Of a stretch of 64,000 nucleotides of DNA, positions 17,796 through 31,900 are shown piece by piece. This DNA comes from a virus. Its lineage: Duplodnaviria; Caudoviricetes. Each line of letters starts with the position of its first letter. The stretch's first letter is position 1. The notes beneath the pieces are model-generated. The model worked only from the letters and a program-made list of their open reading frames with translations. It did no database searches and was not told where the DNA came from. The translations under genes were made by a program, and so were the position numbers. The DNA lies in IMG/VR virus record IMGVR_UViG_3300028888_001547, positions 1 to 64,000 of that record; one strand, 5' to 3'.

Positions 17796-17883
17796 GTATG
17801 AATTTAACAAGGTTATAAAAGAAATCAACAAACTGATCGAGGATGCAAACACTTTTAAGATAACTCTTAAAAATGAAATCTAA
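17722..17883 (+). CDS. Small membrane protein (53 aa), not in the ORF track
   Basis: MIVSVIGASLMGTLIGLVGSLYIAKYEFNKVIKEINKLIEDANTFKITLKNEI*. It fills the gap between the primase and nuclease genes, overlapping both. Confidence 0.6.
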   Translation: MIVSVIGASLMGTLIGLVGSLYIAKYEFNKVIKEINKLIEDANTFKITLKNEI

Positions 17884-18247
17884 GGGAAGGGTTAAGAATG
17901 CGACGAAGGTCGATGCGTATGGGCTGCATTTCCGCAGCAAACTCGAACTCTATACGTATGAAGCTTTTATGAAAGCAGGTATACCTGTTAAGTATGAGCC
18001 AAAGCATTTTACTCTTCTTCCAAAGTTCGAATTTTTAGGCGAAAAAATAAGACCTATTACATATCTACCAGACTTCGTTGGACGAGGTTTTATAGTAGAA
18101 TGTAAAGGCCTTATGGGAGATTCGTTTCCCTTACGCTGGAAACTCTTTAAGTATTATTTACACAAACATCACGCTAAAACTAAGCTTTATTTGGTTAGAA
18201 ACCAAAAGCAAGTTAACGAGATGATTGAAGAACTTAAGAAAAAATGA
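17873..18247 (+). CDS. PD-(D/E)XK endonuclease (T7 endonuclease I/DUF1064-like, possible resolvase)
   Basis: FRSKLE...YEP...TYLPDF...IVECKG. Confidence 0.85.
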   Translation: MKSKGRVKNATKVDAYGLHFRSKLELYTYEAFMKAGIPVKYEPKHFTLLPKFEFLGEKIRPITYLPDFVGRGFIVECKGLMGDSFPLRWKLFKYYLHKHHAKTKLYLVRNQKQVNEMIEELKKK

Positions 18248-18492
18248 GTTTAGAAGAAGCAAACTACATTGTCAGAATGTCTATCATGTATACTGCATCT
18301 GGATGGGAGTGGTGTATTAATACAGATACTCCTTTCGGATTTATACTTGGATACAAGAAATACCCAACTCCTGATGGAGCATTAGAAGAGCTAAAACAGT
18401 TCTTGAGGTATTTCTCCAAGAATGTACTGAAAGATGGAGACAGTGTTCGTAAATATGTTGAGAAACATAAACCAAAACAAGATGGTAATTGA
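18244..18492 (+). CDS. Hypothetical protein
   Basis: 82 aa; ATGA overlap with the upstream gene. Confidence 0.65.
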   Translation: MSLEEANYIVRMSIMYTASGWEWCINTDTPFGFILGYKKYPTPDGALEELKQFLRYFSKNVLKDGDSVRKYVEKHKPKQDGN

Positions 18493-19486
18493 TAAACCGT
18501 ATTACGAGGATTTAACTCGTATCTCAAATAGTAACATAGGCTGGTTTCTACAGAAGGGACCAGCCTATTTACATAAAATGCTAACAGATCCTTCTCCAGA
18601 GGAGAAAAACCCTGTGTTGGAGCGTGGAAGTCTTATCCATATGTATCTGTTGCAGCCTGAAGAGTTCCTTAAGACATACGTAGTATGGGACAAAAGTAGA
18701 CCTTTTTCTGCACAGCAGGAGAAGTTCTGTCAGGCATTAGCAAATACCGTTGAAATAGAGCCCAATAGAGCCATTCTAAGCGCTTATAAAGAAGCGTATA
18801 GCACAGCAGGAAAGTCGGAAGACAAAATGCTGTCAGAAGGCCTTAAAATAGCCTCTACGTTGAAGGAATATATAGATTACCTGAAAGATCCTGAGAGGAA
18901 ACAGATGATCACTCCTTCAGAGTACCAAATGTTAAAGAAGATTCGCAATAACGCCGAAGCTCATAAACTAGCTTGGAAAATAATTAATATGCGAGGAACT
19001 GTCTATGAAAGTATAGATAGTAACAAGCGTGTTGAGTGGGGAGCACACGAGTTTCATATTAACTGGGAATGCAGAGGTGTACGATGTAAATCTCTGCTAG
19101 ATGGTCTTACACTAGACTTTAAAAATAAGAAGGCTATTATATACGACTTAAAGACTACAGCTAAGCTGTGGCACTTTGAAGATAGTATAGAGATGTATGA
19201 CTATTGTAGACAGTTGTGTTATTATGCAAAAGCTGTAGAATGGTATTTGAAAGAAGAGTTAGGTAAAACACCTGATGAATGGACTTTTGAATATTATATT
19301 ATTGGTATAGATACTACTGGTTCAAATGAAATCAGAGTGTTTAATATTGATGAATCTGCAGTATTCCGTAGAGAACCTGTAATAGATAGTGTTCTAGATG
19401 AAATTGCATGGCATCAGAAGAACAACAAATGGGAACATAGTAGAGCTTATTATGAAGGTGATGGCTCTGAAACCTTAAATTTATAA
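18482..19486 (+). CDS. PD-(D/E)XK exonuclease (RecE/ExoVIII, DUF3799-like)
   Basis: ISNSNI, GSLIHMYLLQP, CKSLLD, IYDLKTT, YCRQLCYY. Start 18482 is preferred over 18434. Confidence 0.85.
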   Translation: MVIDKPYYEDLTRISNSNIGWFLQKGPAYLHKMLTDPSPEEKNPVLERGSLIHMYLLQPEEFLKTYVVWDKSRPFSAQQEKFCQALANTVEIEPNRAILSAYKEAYSTAGKSEDKMLSEGLKIASTLKEYIDYLKDPERKQMITPSEYQMLKKIRNNAEAHKLAWKIINMRGTVYESIDSNKRVEWGAHEFHINWECRGVRCKSLLDGLTLDFKNKKAIIYDLKTTAKLWHFEDSIEMYDYCRQLCYYAKAVEWYLKEELGKTPDEWTFEYYIIGIDTTGSNEIRVFNIDESAVFRREPVIDSVLDEIAWHQKNNKWEHSRAYYEGDGSETLNL

Positions 19487-19505
19487 TATTATAAATAACA
19501 AAACA

Positions 19506-19961
19506 ATGGAAGAAATTTTTATAAACGAATATACTAATATGGAGAATACAGATGCTCCTGTTGAAAATACAAATGCAGAAAATACTGATTTTGAACAAGT
19601 ATTGGATAATATAAGCGATGAGTTTATACAGGAAGACGGTTTGAATATGAATAATAATTGGTATTGTTTACCGTACATTCTTTCTGAGTCTATTCTCTCT
19701 AATCAAAAAGATATAGAGAATGTTACAAGTACAGAATTAGACGGAACTGTTTTTATTAATGTTAAGTATAAGCCTTACTTTATTAAAAATAATTCATCTG
19801 CATTTGATAACGAGAAGTGTGAATATTGCATAAATGAAGATACATTTGATACAGTATCTTATACAGTACCCAAAGACAAAGAATATATTTGTAAAATGAT
19901 TATTCAGAAGGGTATTAACGTAATGGATACTGACTTCATTAAGCAGTACATATTATCTTAA
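19506..19961 (+). CDS. Acidic hypothetical protein with N-terminal ENT(D/N) repeats
   Basis: MENTDAPVENTNAENTDF; last gene of the + block. Confidence 0.75.
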   Translation: MEEIFINEYTNMENTDAPVENTNAENTDFEQVLDNISDEFIQEDGLNMNNNWYCLPYILSESILSNQKDIENVTSTELDGTVFINVKYKPYFIKNNSSAFDNEKCEYCINEDTFDTVSYTVPKDKEYICKMIIQKGINVMDTDFIKQYILS

Positions 19962-19987
19962 GCATAATTGCTTTTGTTGTTTGTTGT

Positions 19988-20035
19988 AAAAAGAAAGGGA
20001 GGTGAGTAGAAATACTCATCTCCCTTATTCTTTTT
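19988..20035. terminator. Bidirectional rho-independent terminator between the converging blocks
   Basis: AAAAAGA-AAGGGAGGTGAGTA-GAAA-TACTCATCTCCCTT-ATTCTTTTT. Confidence 0.9.
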
Positions 20036-23000
20036 ATGAATCTAATTTCATAATTTGTTTTTCGTAATACATTCGTTTTGCTTTTGAACCGTACCATTGT
20101 TCATAGAAATTATGATACGGAGTAAGCTACATAAGAGTCTTGAACGTTCTAGAGTGGTCTTTATAAACACCTCTTTGGATTAGTTCTTCGACCTTTTTAT
20201 TACTACTTAATCCGAGCATAGTATCAAATAGGGTTCCTTGCGGGAATACTCTTCGAGTTATCATGTTTTTGAACGCGTCCATCTTATCAAGAGTTCCAGT
20301 TTGAGCTGAAACAGATTTGATGTTGTTCAACATGTCGTCGAAACGATACGGAGTAAATGTTTCCCACTATGTTCTACGAGCGATGTATGCAGCAAGTTGT
20401 AGAGCTAACCAGTCCTTTTTGTCGTCGTCATCTGCAAACATACAGATTAGACTAACTAATGGAACTACCATAGTATTAAATACAATAAGCTCAGTTGCAG
20501 TTTTTTTCAAAGCTTTTTTTCTCGCTCTTGATATCTTCCAATTTTCTTCTGTTGAAGTATCGTGAGTGAACTCATTATATTTACTATTAAACGTGTTGAT
20601 AGCTTCTTGTATAGAAAGTGTTTTAAACAACTATTTTGCTGCTTCCAGTACTACGTTTGAAAAGAATTGTGCTCCTATTATATATTGACCTTGTGTATAC
20701 ATCTGCATATCAAAGTCATATATCATTGGAAGGAAACGCTGTTGAATCATAAGAGGTAAATACTGTCTATGAGTAAGTACAGCAGCACCAAAGAAATTTG
20801 TTGTTATAGCCGCTTTTTGTGTTTCTGTTGCCATACCATCAGCACTCTCTGCTGTTTTATTTATTCTATGGTACACCATGTTTTTAGAAACATCATATGC
20901 TTTTTTATATTCTTCATCTATCTATAAATGTCCATCTTTTACACTAAATATAGAATACAAAACTTTTCCTTGCTTCCATTCATTTAAAAGTCTAGTTTTA
21001 CCTTCTTCGTTTGAAGCTTCTAGCATGTTGAGGATATCTTCTTTTGATACAAATTTACCTCTAAAAAATCTATGACTCATTAATACAGTTGTCATTATTG
21101 TACTTTTAGAAGCAAAATCCACAACAGTAAGCCCACCGAAACACCAGTTGTCCAAAAATCTAACAAATCTACTTCTATTAGAATTCTTAAATTTTCTTGT
21201 CAATTGGTTTGCAACATTAAAATGTTCTGCAAGTAAAACAAGTTTATCGTCTGACATCTGATTACTTGCCATACCGACCCCACCGTAAGTTCGTATATAG
21301 TGGTTTATTACTTCTCCAGTAGCTTGGGTCCATTCACTCATTCCATAACCTCTATCTCCAGTAATTGCATTTATAAGGTGCGCGTATTGTGCAGTGAAGA
21401 AACCTGTTAATGCGACCGCAGGAGACATACCCAAGTTTAATGCCTATGTAAGTCTAGAAAAATTCTAAGCGGTTTTACCAAGATTTAGATTACCGACTTT
21501 TTTTGTATCAGAACGTATATTATATAAGTTCATTTCTACAAACTTCTTAGCTGCTTTTAGTGATTTGCTACTTTGTCCTGGTATTACTTGAGCAGATTGA
21601 CCGTCTCTTGTTGGAATTTGGTATCTTCGCTTTTCTATAGCATCCACCATTGATTCAACATAGTCACGTATTTCACTTTTATTCTCAAAATCACAAGCTT
21701 TTTGATAATATTCGCATACCATACCAATAAGGTCAGAAGATACTTGAGAAGGATCATCTAATTTATTTGTATAATATTGAGGTATTATGTTAAACTGTCT
21801 TCCGTCTGGGCGTGTACCTGTTGTTTTTGTAGCAAACGGTGAATTGTCATATACAATCTCTTGAAGGTCTGTTACTTGAGCTAAAGCTTCTTTTAACGAA
21901 CTTCCAAAACTATCATCTTGACGTAATCCTGATTCTGTGAAACCTAAATGATCTTTAGTATATTGAATAGCAGCAGCTACGCTACCAGTAGCTCCTTGTG
22001 CTTTCATATATTTCCACATAGAACCAGTCATTCCAGGAAGCTGATAGTTATCAGAATACATTCTGTTAAATAGCTTATTGTTTGATTCTGTCATATATTT
22101 GACAACACCATCGTACAGAGCTTTAAGCGTTGGTGAACTTGTTATCTTGTTATATTGAGCAGAATTATCATAAAATTCTTTTTTTGGTATATACGGAACA
22201 CCCATCTCAGGTTTATAATTTGGATTTAAAAGACTCGTGTCTTCGTCTCTATTAATCCAACCGTCTCCAGGAAGTAATTCAGTATATAAATCCTATATAG
22301 ATTCTCCATTTATCTCTACATTCTTAAGTTCTAGTTTAGTGGCCCATTTTGGTTTACGAATTTTAGATATATCTACAGTATCGAGATGAGAAAAACCTCC
22401 TTGCTGCATATAATAAGAAGTATATACTTCTTTTAAATATTTATTAAATACTTTTTTATATGCTTTATTCCACTTCTTGGCATTCTTTTTGAAGTCAGCA
22501 TCCTAAGATTCTCTTATTAATTCGTTTTGTTTCTCAAGCTGTCTTATATTAGCCTTAGCTTTTCCTGTAACAAATTCATAAATAGGTTCTCCAGTATTAT
22601 AATCTCTAAACAAACCAATGGTTTCGTTTATACGTTTTTGATTTTCTTCGTATGTAGCACCGCCATCTCCTTTATAATCATAAACTGGTTTCTTAAGACC
22701 TGTTATTTTTTCAACTTGCTCTTCGATCATTTTAAATATGGCAAGTTTATCTTCTTCTTTCTTAAATACACGTTTAGAATTTCTAGCATCCCAAGCATTT
22801 ATTAATTTTCTAAGTTGTACAGTATTTACAATACCTCCATCTCCAGTACATTTCTTAGTTGCATATTTGATAAATGCATTTCTTGCGTCAGCCCATTGCT
22901 CAGTAGCTCGTTTTATTTGTTTTTCGTCGGAATATAATATAGAATTAAGTTTTTGAATCTCTTTAGCTACTACATACTCATCTGTACCTTCTATTTTTAA

Positions 23001-25913
23001 ATCGCCGTTTATAGTATAATCAGAACCAAGAACACGCTTACTTATATATAAACCCTGCAGGCGTTTCCACTCATCAGCAGTAAGGCGTTCATAATGATAG
23101 AATTTATCATTTTCATCGTATGCCTTTTGTTTTAATTGAGAAATAGCATCTCGTATAGCTTGTAATCTCTACAATGTAATATCAGATAATTCAGCATACG
23201 CTTCGTAATATTTTTGTACAAATCTACGTTCAGCATGCTCGCCAAGCCATTTATTTTTTTCAAGATTCCACTTTTTTCTCAACTAAACATCGTCAGGTGA
23301 ACGTCTGTTTGATCTGTCCAAACCTAAACTCTCGTTTAAATCTTCAATGAAGTTTTTATAATCCTTATAAAATTTACCAAAATTAAGCTCTCTTACCAAA
23401 TATTGAGTAGTTTTACCTTCGTCATCAAGTTCATATAAATCCAACGCGCTTTCTCCTGGAGCAAGTCTTGAATTTAAATCAAGAAGGTTTGTGGCAACTT
23501 CTACTGTCTATTCTTGAGATTTTCTAATAGCTTTGTTTACAAGATATACTATGGCACGAATAATAGGATCTTTTGCACCATCCTTAGAACCAAAAGAATT
23601 TATAAAAGTATTTGTATCAAATCCAATAACTTCAAGAGAGTCAAGTAAACTCTTAGTGTTAGAAAAATTAATCTCATCTCCCAACTATGCAAGATCTCGC
23701 CGTAAGTTATTCATAAGGATGTTGTACATATAATTCATTCCATCGTGAGCAGCACTTGATGCTTTTTTAACGATCGTCATCATATCTTCAACGTCCTTTG
23801 TGGCAGACAATTTATCAATCTTGCTAAGTGTTTTAAATTCTTCTTCAAGCTCGTCTTGATGATATTTATTCTTCAAATCTCTATCGAGTATGTCAAATAT
23901 AGCATAATATGCTCCAAAGTTATCATGCATATTGTACATATACATTGAGTGAGAAGATTCTTCTATATTTCGAATAGCTTCAAGATCATCTAAAAGCTGT
24001 GGTAATGCTTGCTGTATAAAAGAAGAAAGCGCAACAACATTAGATACATTTGGGTTCTTAAATTGTTCTACCTAAGTTTGAGCACTTTGCTTAGCTTGTT
24101 CTTTAGTTTCAGCCTCAATTGTAGATACATTGATTGCTGCCAGGCGAGTTTGTAAAGCCTCAGTTATTTTAATACGAGTAGCCCATAAATGTGAATGCTG
24201 TGTAGCATCAGTAGCAGTATTAGGTTCAGCAGATACAAAATGTCTAAGTATATTGTTTGATTTTAATCTCAAAGACTTCTGTAAATTAGCTATAACCTGA
24301 TTATTCATATAATACGGTTTCTATGCAGCAAGTACTTTTTTAAAGTATTCTACTACATTTTCATCAGATTTAATAGCTTTTCTATTTACTAGATATTTAT
24401 TTATCTGTTTTTCGTATAGCTTAAGCTGGTCTTCTTTAACTCCTTTAAATACATTTTTGTTTACAAGTAACCTAGATAAAGCATTGATAAATTTCTTAAG
24501 TCTCAAAAATACTTTATTATTGTTAGCTTTATCTTCTTTTATTGCTACTTCGTACAATAATCTTCTAGAATTATCATCTGTAGCAAATACTGCTGCAAAC
24601 TCGTATTTATCGCTGAGAATATATGCACCACTTTCAAGACTGTCTCTACTCCACAGAGACTCTGGCATAAGCTAGTTAAAGGTGTCGTAGACCTTGTTTG
24701 TAGCCTCGCTAAAGGCCTTTTCTTCTACTGTAGTAGGATTATTAAGAGCTTGTATAGAAATGCCGTGTACGACCTCATGAAGTAGGTATTCCGCTGCCTG
24801 TTCTTGCGAATAATATATTATCTATTCAGGATCTATTTCAATTATAATCTTGCCAGATTCATACTCTGTAGCAGACATTGGTTTACCTTTCTCAAGCTTA
24901 TTAAATACAATTTGTATATCGTGATGTTGTAGAATCTCAGCTAAAGCTGTATTAAATTCAGCAAATACACCAGTATCAAGTAGATGTTGTATAAGAGTTT
25001 GTGTACTTACGCTACCTCCGTTTTGTAGAGTATTTATAAAATCTCCAAAGAAATCTTCAAGTATTACAGACTGTTGTTTATATTCTTGAGAATTTGGCTT
25101 AGAAGAAACGTGGTACATATTTGGATCATTTGGATTAAATGTACCAAGATTTTCTACATGTTTTATTTGGTTTGGATTAAATACAATAAATTCATCGTAG
25201 TTTTTACCAAAAACATATAAACGGTCTCTTCTTAGCATCCCATCAACATTTGGTGTAAATTCTGCAACGACACCATTATATATTCTATGATTTTCTTCTT
25301 TTTCAAAAGAAAAATTCTAGTCGTCCGACATTTTCTAAACGTTAAGATAAACAGGGTATACTATTTTATACCTATCGGTCTTTACAATATTTTCTTCAGA
25401 AAAATAAAATCCATTCGGATCTTCATCAATCAGGCCTAAACCAGAACCAATTTTGCTCTTGTCAAATATATCAAATGTGTTCTTGCTGGCATGCCACACA
25501 ACCAAAGGCTCTCCGTTCTCATCTACAACTTTAGAAATAGGACCGTATTTAACATCTTCAGACTCCTCAACATTTAAAGGCCCCCACCAATCACCAAACC
25601 ATTCTGAGAATTCATCAGAATACACATTAGATTTAGCTATAATAGCAGATTCTCTATCTCCGTTAAAATGATTTAAAAGCGTCTAGAACAGTATTGACTT
25701 TTTACCATCTGGAGTCAAATCTAAGAAATTACCACCATTACGATGATACACTTTATATGCGGTTTCCATAGCCGAGTAATCGTCTCCAGTTCGCTTATTT
25801 CTAAGCTCGCTGGAGCGAAACTCTTCCTCGGTTAATGGTTGCCCGCCTAAGGCTGTAACTATCTCGTTAAAACCTTCGAATACTTCTTTATTTTTATAAT
25901 TTGGGCAAAACAT
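20034..25913 (-). CDS. Large polyvalent virion/ejection protein (~1,959 aa, TAG recoded) with ART-PolyVal-like ADP-ribosyltransferase and zincin domains
   Basis: Twelve track fragments share one frame and the junctions checked are TAG; ATG at 25913, TAA at 20034. Motifs SKVVDENGEPLVVWH..GFYFS..VYLN..EFIVFNPNQIK and HEVVH (24765-24779). Confidence 0.82.
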
Positions 25914-25915
25914 AA

Positions 25916-28900
25916 TTAACAGATTTTATTTTCTTCAGATTTATTAGACTCCTTGAGAGATTTATTATGTTGTTTTAGCATTTCTCTTAATTCTTCAACA
26001 GATCCTCTAATTATAGTCTGCGGTTGATCATTTATCACATCTGGACCGTAACTATACTTCTCTTGTATAGCATCGGTGTTTCCAGATTTATTCTTAGTAG
26101 AACTTAAAGCGCTATCCATAGACTAAGCGCCGTCTACAACGCTTTCTTGAATTTTCAATTGTTCCTTCTTTTTATTAGAAACAGCATTGGTCTTTTCTGA
26201 AGTTTCTTGTGATACAATATAGAAAGTGTCTGTAAAATCATAATCACCTTCGTCGTAAGCCTCTTTCAGCTGTAAACCATATTCTGTATTAGGTACTAAA
26301 ATAGATTCTATCGTACCAGGAACATTATTTAATACATCCAAAGTTCTTATTGCTATATCATGTCTCCATTGTTCTTCAGAATAACCCTTATCTAAAGCAA
26401 CTTTTGGTTCGTATGTTATAGCAACAGTACCGCTCCAATTTTCATCCCACAATAAAGATGACATATCTTCGTTTATAGTATCTGCTCTATAAATAATATC
26501 TGCGTGATTAGATATATAATTATCTACGTTATTTGTGTATATTATGCTATTATTTTCAATATCATCTACGTCAGATCTAATAGAAGAATCTTCTACAGTA
26601 AGATCGTCATATGGAATAAAATCAATAAAAGATGGCTTTCTCTTAGGATTATTTAACTTTGCATATTTCTTATCGAGCAGCTATTGACTTTTATCCATTA
26701 CAGAATACATATCTTCGTCAACCGTTTCGATACTAAAGCTATCTGGAAGTCTATTCTGATCAAAAATAGAATCGCTATAAGCATTAGCAAACAATTCATA
26801 TTGATGAATATTTTTATTATGTATTCCTAATTTTTCTGTCAATACATACGTATACCACTTAATTCCTGAAAATTCGCCGTTATCGTCTTGTTTTATATCT
26901 TTTCCTTCATGTTTAAGATAAAAACCAACTTTTCTATACAAGAATGTCTCACCATTTGTTTCTACTTTTAAATAAGGTTTATTATTACCAGTAGTGGCAA
27001 ACCATGATACAACGACATCTTTTGCACGCTTGGATCTAACGTTGCGACCAGCAAAAGTACCTTTGTATCCAGTTATATCCATAGAAGACTACTTTGGGAA
27101 TTCAAATAATGGAACAATCTTATCATCCGAATAAAAGTTTCTACATATAGTATCAATAAGAGGTTTACAGTTCTATTTATAATCTTGTATTCCATTCTCA
27201 ACTCCTACTTGAGCTGCAGTAGATGACGAGAAGTTGTTAACACCTTCTTTTATAGCTTCATCATATTGCTTACGGTATTCAATGGGAACCAAATCAAAGA
27301 ATGAATAAGCGGAGTTTGTATTATATCCAGAATAATATGAATATATCGCAATATCTCTAGCCAATCTTCTTATTATTTCCATAGGATGACTTAACAAGAA
27401 ATCAAACGCAGACATGAGTCTACTCTTTTCGCTAGTAGCCGTATTTCTGTTTTGTTTCTTTAACAATAATCTAGGTATATCAAACTTATCATTTGCTGGC
27501 TATGGCCTTAAATAATTGAGTAATTCGTTTATTACTCTTCCATTTTCATTTACCAACCCTTTAAACTCACCTTTTCTATCCTCTAGATCAGATGTTTCCA
27601 ATTGATTTATTACCTCTGCAATATTTTCAAAAATACTATTTTGCTCATATGGATCTTTTGAATTTTGGTCTCCGTTCCATATACGCTTCAATTCGTTTAA
27701 CATTACATCTTCATCACCTCCAAATGTAAAGTCGATTACTCCAGAATATCCACGGTCTTTCTATACTTGATAATAATCGTAAGAATCTTTAGTAGAATCT
27801 TGTCCGGTCATTCTATCATATATCTTTGGCCCATACATAAATAACATCTTATGTCTAAATGTATTTTCCAACTCGTTCGATATACTCTAAATAGATTGTT
27901 TATCAAATACAGTTTCATACGGATGCATTATATTACCAAGAGCATCTGTAGCAGAAGTAAATCCGTATATTTCTCCAAATATCGTATTAACAATACTGTC
28001 AAACTCTTCGGATGCTGTAACAACATCATTTTTAAGAATTTTATTCATCATATTGATAGAAGCATATAACTTCTTCTCTAAGAATGTAGATTCGAAATAC
28101 TTATGTAGAGGATGTTGTGTAGAATCATCAGTATTCACCCATTTAACATCTCTTTCTCCATACTTAAACTTCTTATACTCATTTACAAAATCTCTACGAA
28201 GAGCGAGAGTATTACCAAACTTCTTAGTATCGATTCGAGATTTTTTAACTAGTTCAGACATTTCTTCTGCATACGGGTTTATTTTACTAAACGCCATAAG
28301 ACTTATTACCTAGAATTCAAGACCTATTAAAGAATCAGGATTTTTAAGTGCTTTCTTTGCAGTATCTTTATCGAATACAATCTTCCAATTGGTAAAATTT
28401 CCAGATCTTATTTCGTTAAGTTTCTTTACCCACTGCATCTTATCGTTCTTATCTTTGATGTCCTGTATTTTGCTCCACAGTCTCTTTAAATATATATTTA
28501 TTTTTTCGTCAAGTAGAGCGTACTTGGAAGTCTTTTCCGCCTCATATTTAAGGTTTTGTCCATACAGCCCGCCGGAGTTATTATACTCATCGGCATACTC
28601 TTTGAGAGCTGGTTGAGCTAAGAATAAGAATGTACTTTCACCCTTTCCTGCGCGCAACAAGAAGTTTGTTATATTATATGTACAACTATTTACATTCAAA
28701 TCAAACACATACGGATCTTTCGCTACATCAACGTGAGCATTTACCATAGCTGATAGCCAGTCTGATATACGTATACCATCCTATCCAATAATTTCGTCAA
28801 GTTTCCCAAAACCAAACTCGTTTTCTCCATAATCTATTGAAATGTGAGCAAACTGAGTAAGAGCTAGGTTTGTTATGTTAAGAGCAAACGGTCCAATACC

Positions 28901-31900
28901 AGACTTACCGATAGAGAACTCCATTTTTCTACGTAACTAGAAATACGGATCTAATTCATACATAGATTCTCTATACCTATTATTGGTTTGGCGTATTGCA
29001 GGAAGGGTGCTATCTTGAATAATATTAGTTACTACATCAATAGATCCTCTTGCATTTGATCTATTTTTAATATCTGTTAGCACAGTAATATAATTCTATA
29101 ATAACTTGTTAGATATAGCTCCTTTTGTAGAAGACGCTAAATCTTCTTCAACTTCTTCAAGTATACCATTCTTAAACGACATAGTCGCTAAATAAATTTT
29201 ATCAACGTCAAAGTCAGAACCGGTCTGCGCGGTGAATTCTCTAGGAACAATGATAACGTCCCCGGCTTGTTCTGGAAGAACATCAGCAACTCTAAATGCA
29301 AATGTAGATGACATACCTTGGGTTGGAATACGATAACCTACGCCAAACACCATACCTTCTGAAAATTCCCTTTCTCCGGTCTCTTCATTTTTAGCTTTCC
29401 ATCCTTTAATTACACCGTGATTTATAAGCCAATTACGCATCATTTTTGGTGTTTTTTGATACTCAAATGGAACTACTGCTTTAAAGAAATTCAAAGATAA
29501 CATGACTTCCATTGTACCATCTTTCTCATTCCAGTTGAGTTCTTTTCCGTCATTAGGAACCCAATATCCGTCTATTTGTTCTGCAGATGTTCTAATCTGA
29601 TTTGAATCGTAACTTACAGTTCCAAATATAGACTGCTGCACTGCGCTACCACCTTTTGTAGGTATATCAATAACATGAGAATTTACTAAAGAAGATACGC
29701 TATGTTCAAACAAAACACGTTGCATTAATGATTCTACAGTACCAGACGTATTAAGAAGATTTATGACACTACTCGGCAAACCGTTATTTTCAGCAATCTA
29801 CTTAAAATATTTATGAACTTTTTCCGAGTCAATATTTCCATCTTCTCCGCAGAATCTATTATTTAGCTCTTTTATACCAATATCTGTAAGAGTATTAATA
29901 CAATCCATAATTTCTCTGCGGATTTCTTTACCAGATCTCTTCTTATTATTTGGATCTCCTCCCGTATACTCCTCATCGTCGTATATATTACCAAACAAAA
30001 TCTTAAACATCTGCGTACCAATGTTGCGTTCTTCATCCAAGTGTGCCTCAGTGTTTAATTGCATCCTAAGACCTCTTATATCTTGAACTTCTACATTAAT
30101 AACATCGTTTGAATCATTCCATTTTTCAGTATTTTCGTCCAATATACATGCTGAAGGTTTGTCTAACGAGATATTTAATTCAGACAATGATGTGGTATTG
30201 GTATCGTATGCTTTATATGCGTCTTGAGCCATACCAACTTTAACAGCAGATTCAACAGTTATCATATCAAGAACTCCCTTGGATGTGTCGTTCATTCTGT
30301 CATATATCTTTCTACCAGTTTCGCTGCGCATTATATACTTAAACGCAGGGAATATAGCCATTTTATTGTATACAGAATACGCAATATTCTATCCAGAAGT
30401 AAGAGATTTAGGATCGTTCTTAAAGTAAGACATCTTTAGCGGATATAACTGTAACTTTGACACCTTTGCAGCTTTTTCTGGGTCTAACATCCATTCTCCA
30501 TCATGTTCAAGTATTTCAAATGCTTCGTTATCGCTGTAGGTGGTTGTCATCGTTTCTCCACTATACGTTTTATACGTAATTTTTTGTGGTATTACAGACC
30601 ATGTGCCAAGCATCATGCGAACCTTTCTATACATATCTGGACGGATAAATACTTGTGCGTCCGTTACATTTATACCAATATACGGCTTCGCTTGTTCTTG
30701 GGCTTGATATTGCACATCCTTCTTTATTTCATCAGACAGCGCATCGAATTCTTTTTTAAATGTGGTGTCGTTTGTGTATACTTCGTCAATTCTACGTTTA
30801 TCTACACCAGCATGTCTTAACTAATCTGCAACCAGTTGTCTTGTAAATATATCTTTTATCTCATCAAAATATAAAGAATCTGCTATTACGTCTTTTATAG
30901 TTGCATTTACATATTTTGTACCTTTAAGCCATGGGAATCGTTCGTATTCTTCTTTAGAAAAATCTGTACGTAATTCGGCACCAGGAGACAACAGTCCACC
31001 AAGACGCTTAATTTTATCAGAATCCTTGTCTACCAAAATTTGTAAATCTACGACTCTTTCATTTACTATAGTATGTTCTGTCTATTTTGCGTACTTCCAT
31101 TTATAGAAAGCAGGATCACCAGAGTATACTTTTTCTATCTCAATAACAGATATAATAGACTATAACGTATAATTACCTATTACCGATAACATCAGAGCAT
31201 CAGATTTATCGCTTCTACCATAAGAAGATTCTGAACTTATATTAAGAGCTACTTTTTTGACAGTATCTCCGGTCTTTACGGAAGTTACACCTATTTTTTT
31301 AAACCTTTCTGCATACTCAGATATAAGTTGGTGAGGAATTGCTCTGTTACTCCAATGCCATTCTTCTATAGAATTTGGATCTGACGCATCTTTATAACTT
31401 TGTCGTTTTATCAACTAAGTTATTCCAGGCTTTGAGAACTTATTCATGTTATCGTAAACCCTACGAATAAGCATTGCGTTTATGGCGTCGTATAATTCCT
31501 GTTTTGCATTTTCAGATATTTTACCTTCGTCACCTTCTATAGTATCTACAAAGTAATCTCGTATTTCTGCAAGTCGCCTACGAACACTTTCAAATCCGTC
31601 CATTTCTCCACTGTGCGTTCTATAAAACCAGTTTCCGTCTCCGGACATTGGATCTTCTGCTTCTTTTTGTAAATTGTATTCGTATTCGAGAATTTGATTA
31701 AGATTGAGACCTCCTAAATCTTCACCTGGTATTCCAGGGAATTCCAATCCGTAGAAATATCTAAACTTACCGCCGTTTCCAGAGAAATCCATTCTACCAC
31801 TTTTTACCTTTCCGTGATAATTTACTTTTCTAAGTTTTTTATTTTTTACTATTTCGGCAATATTGTCCTTATCATAAAATTCTTCTACAGAATTTAATTC

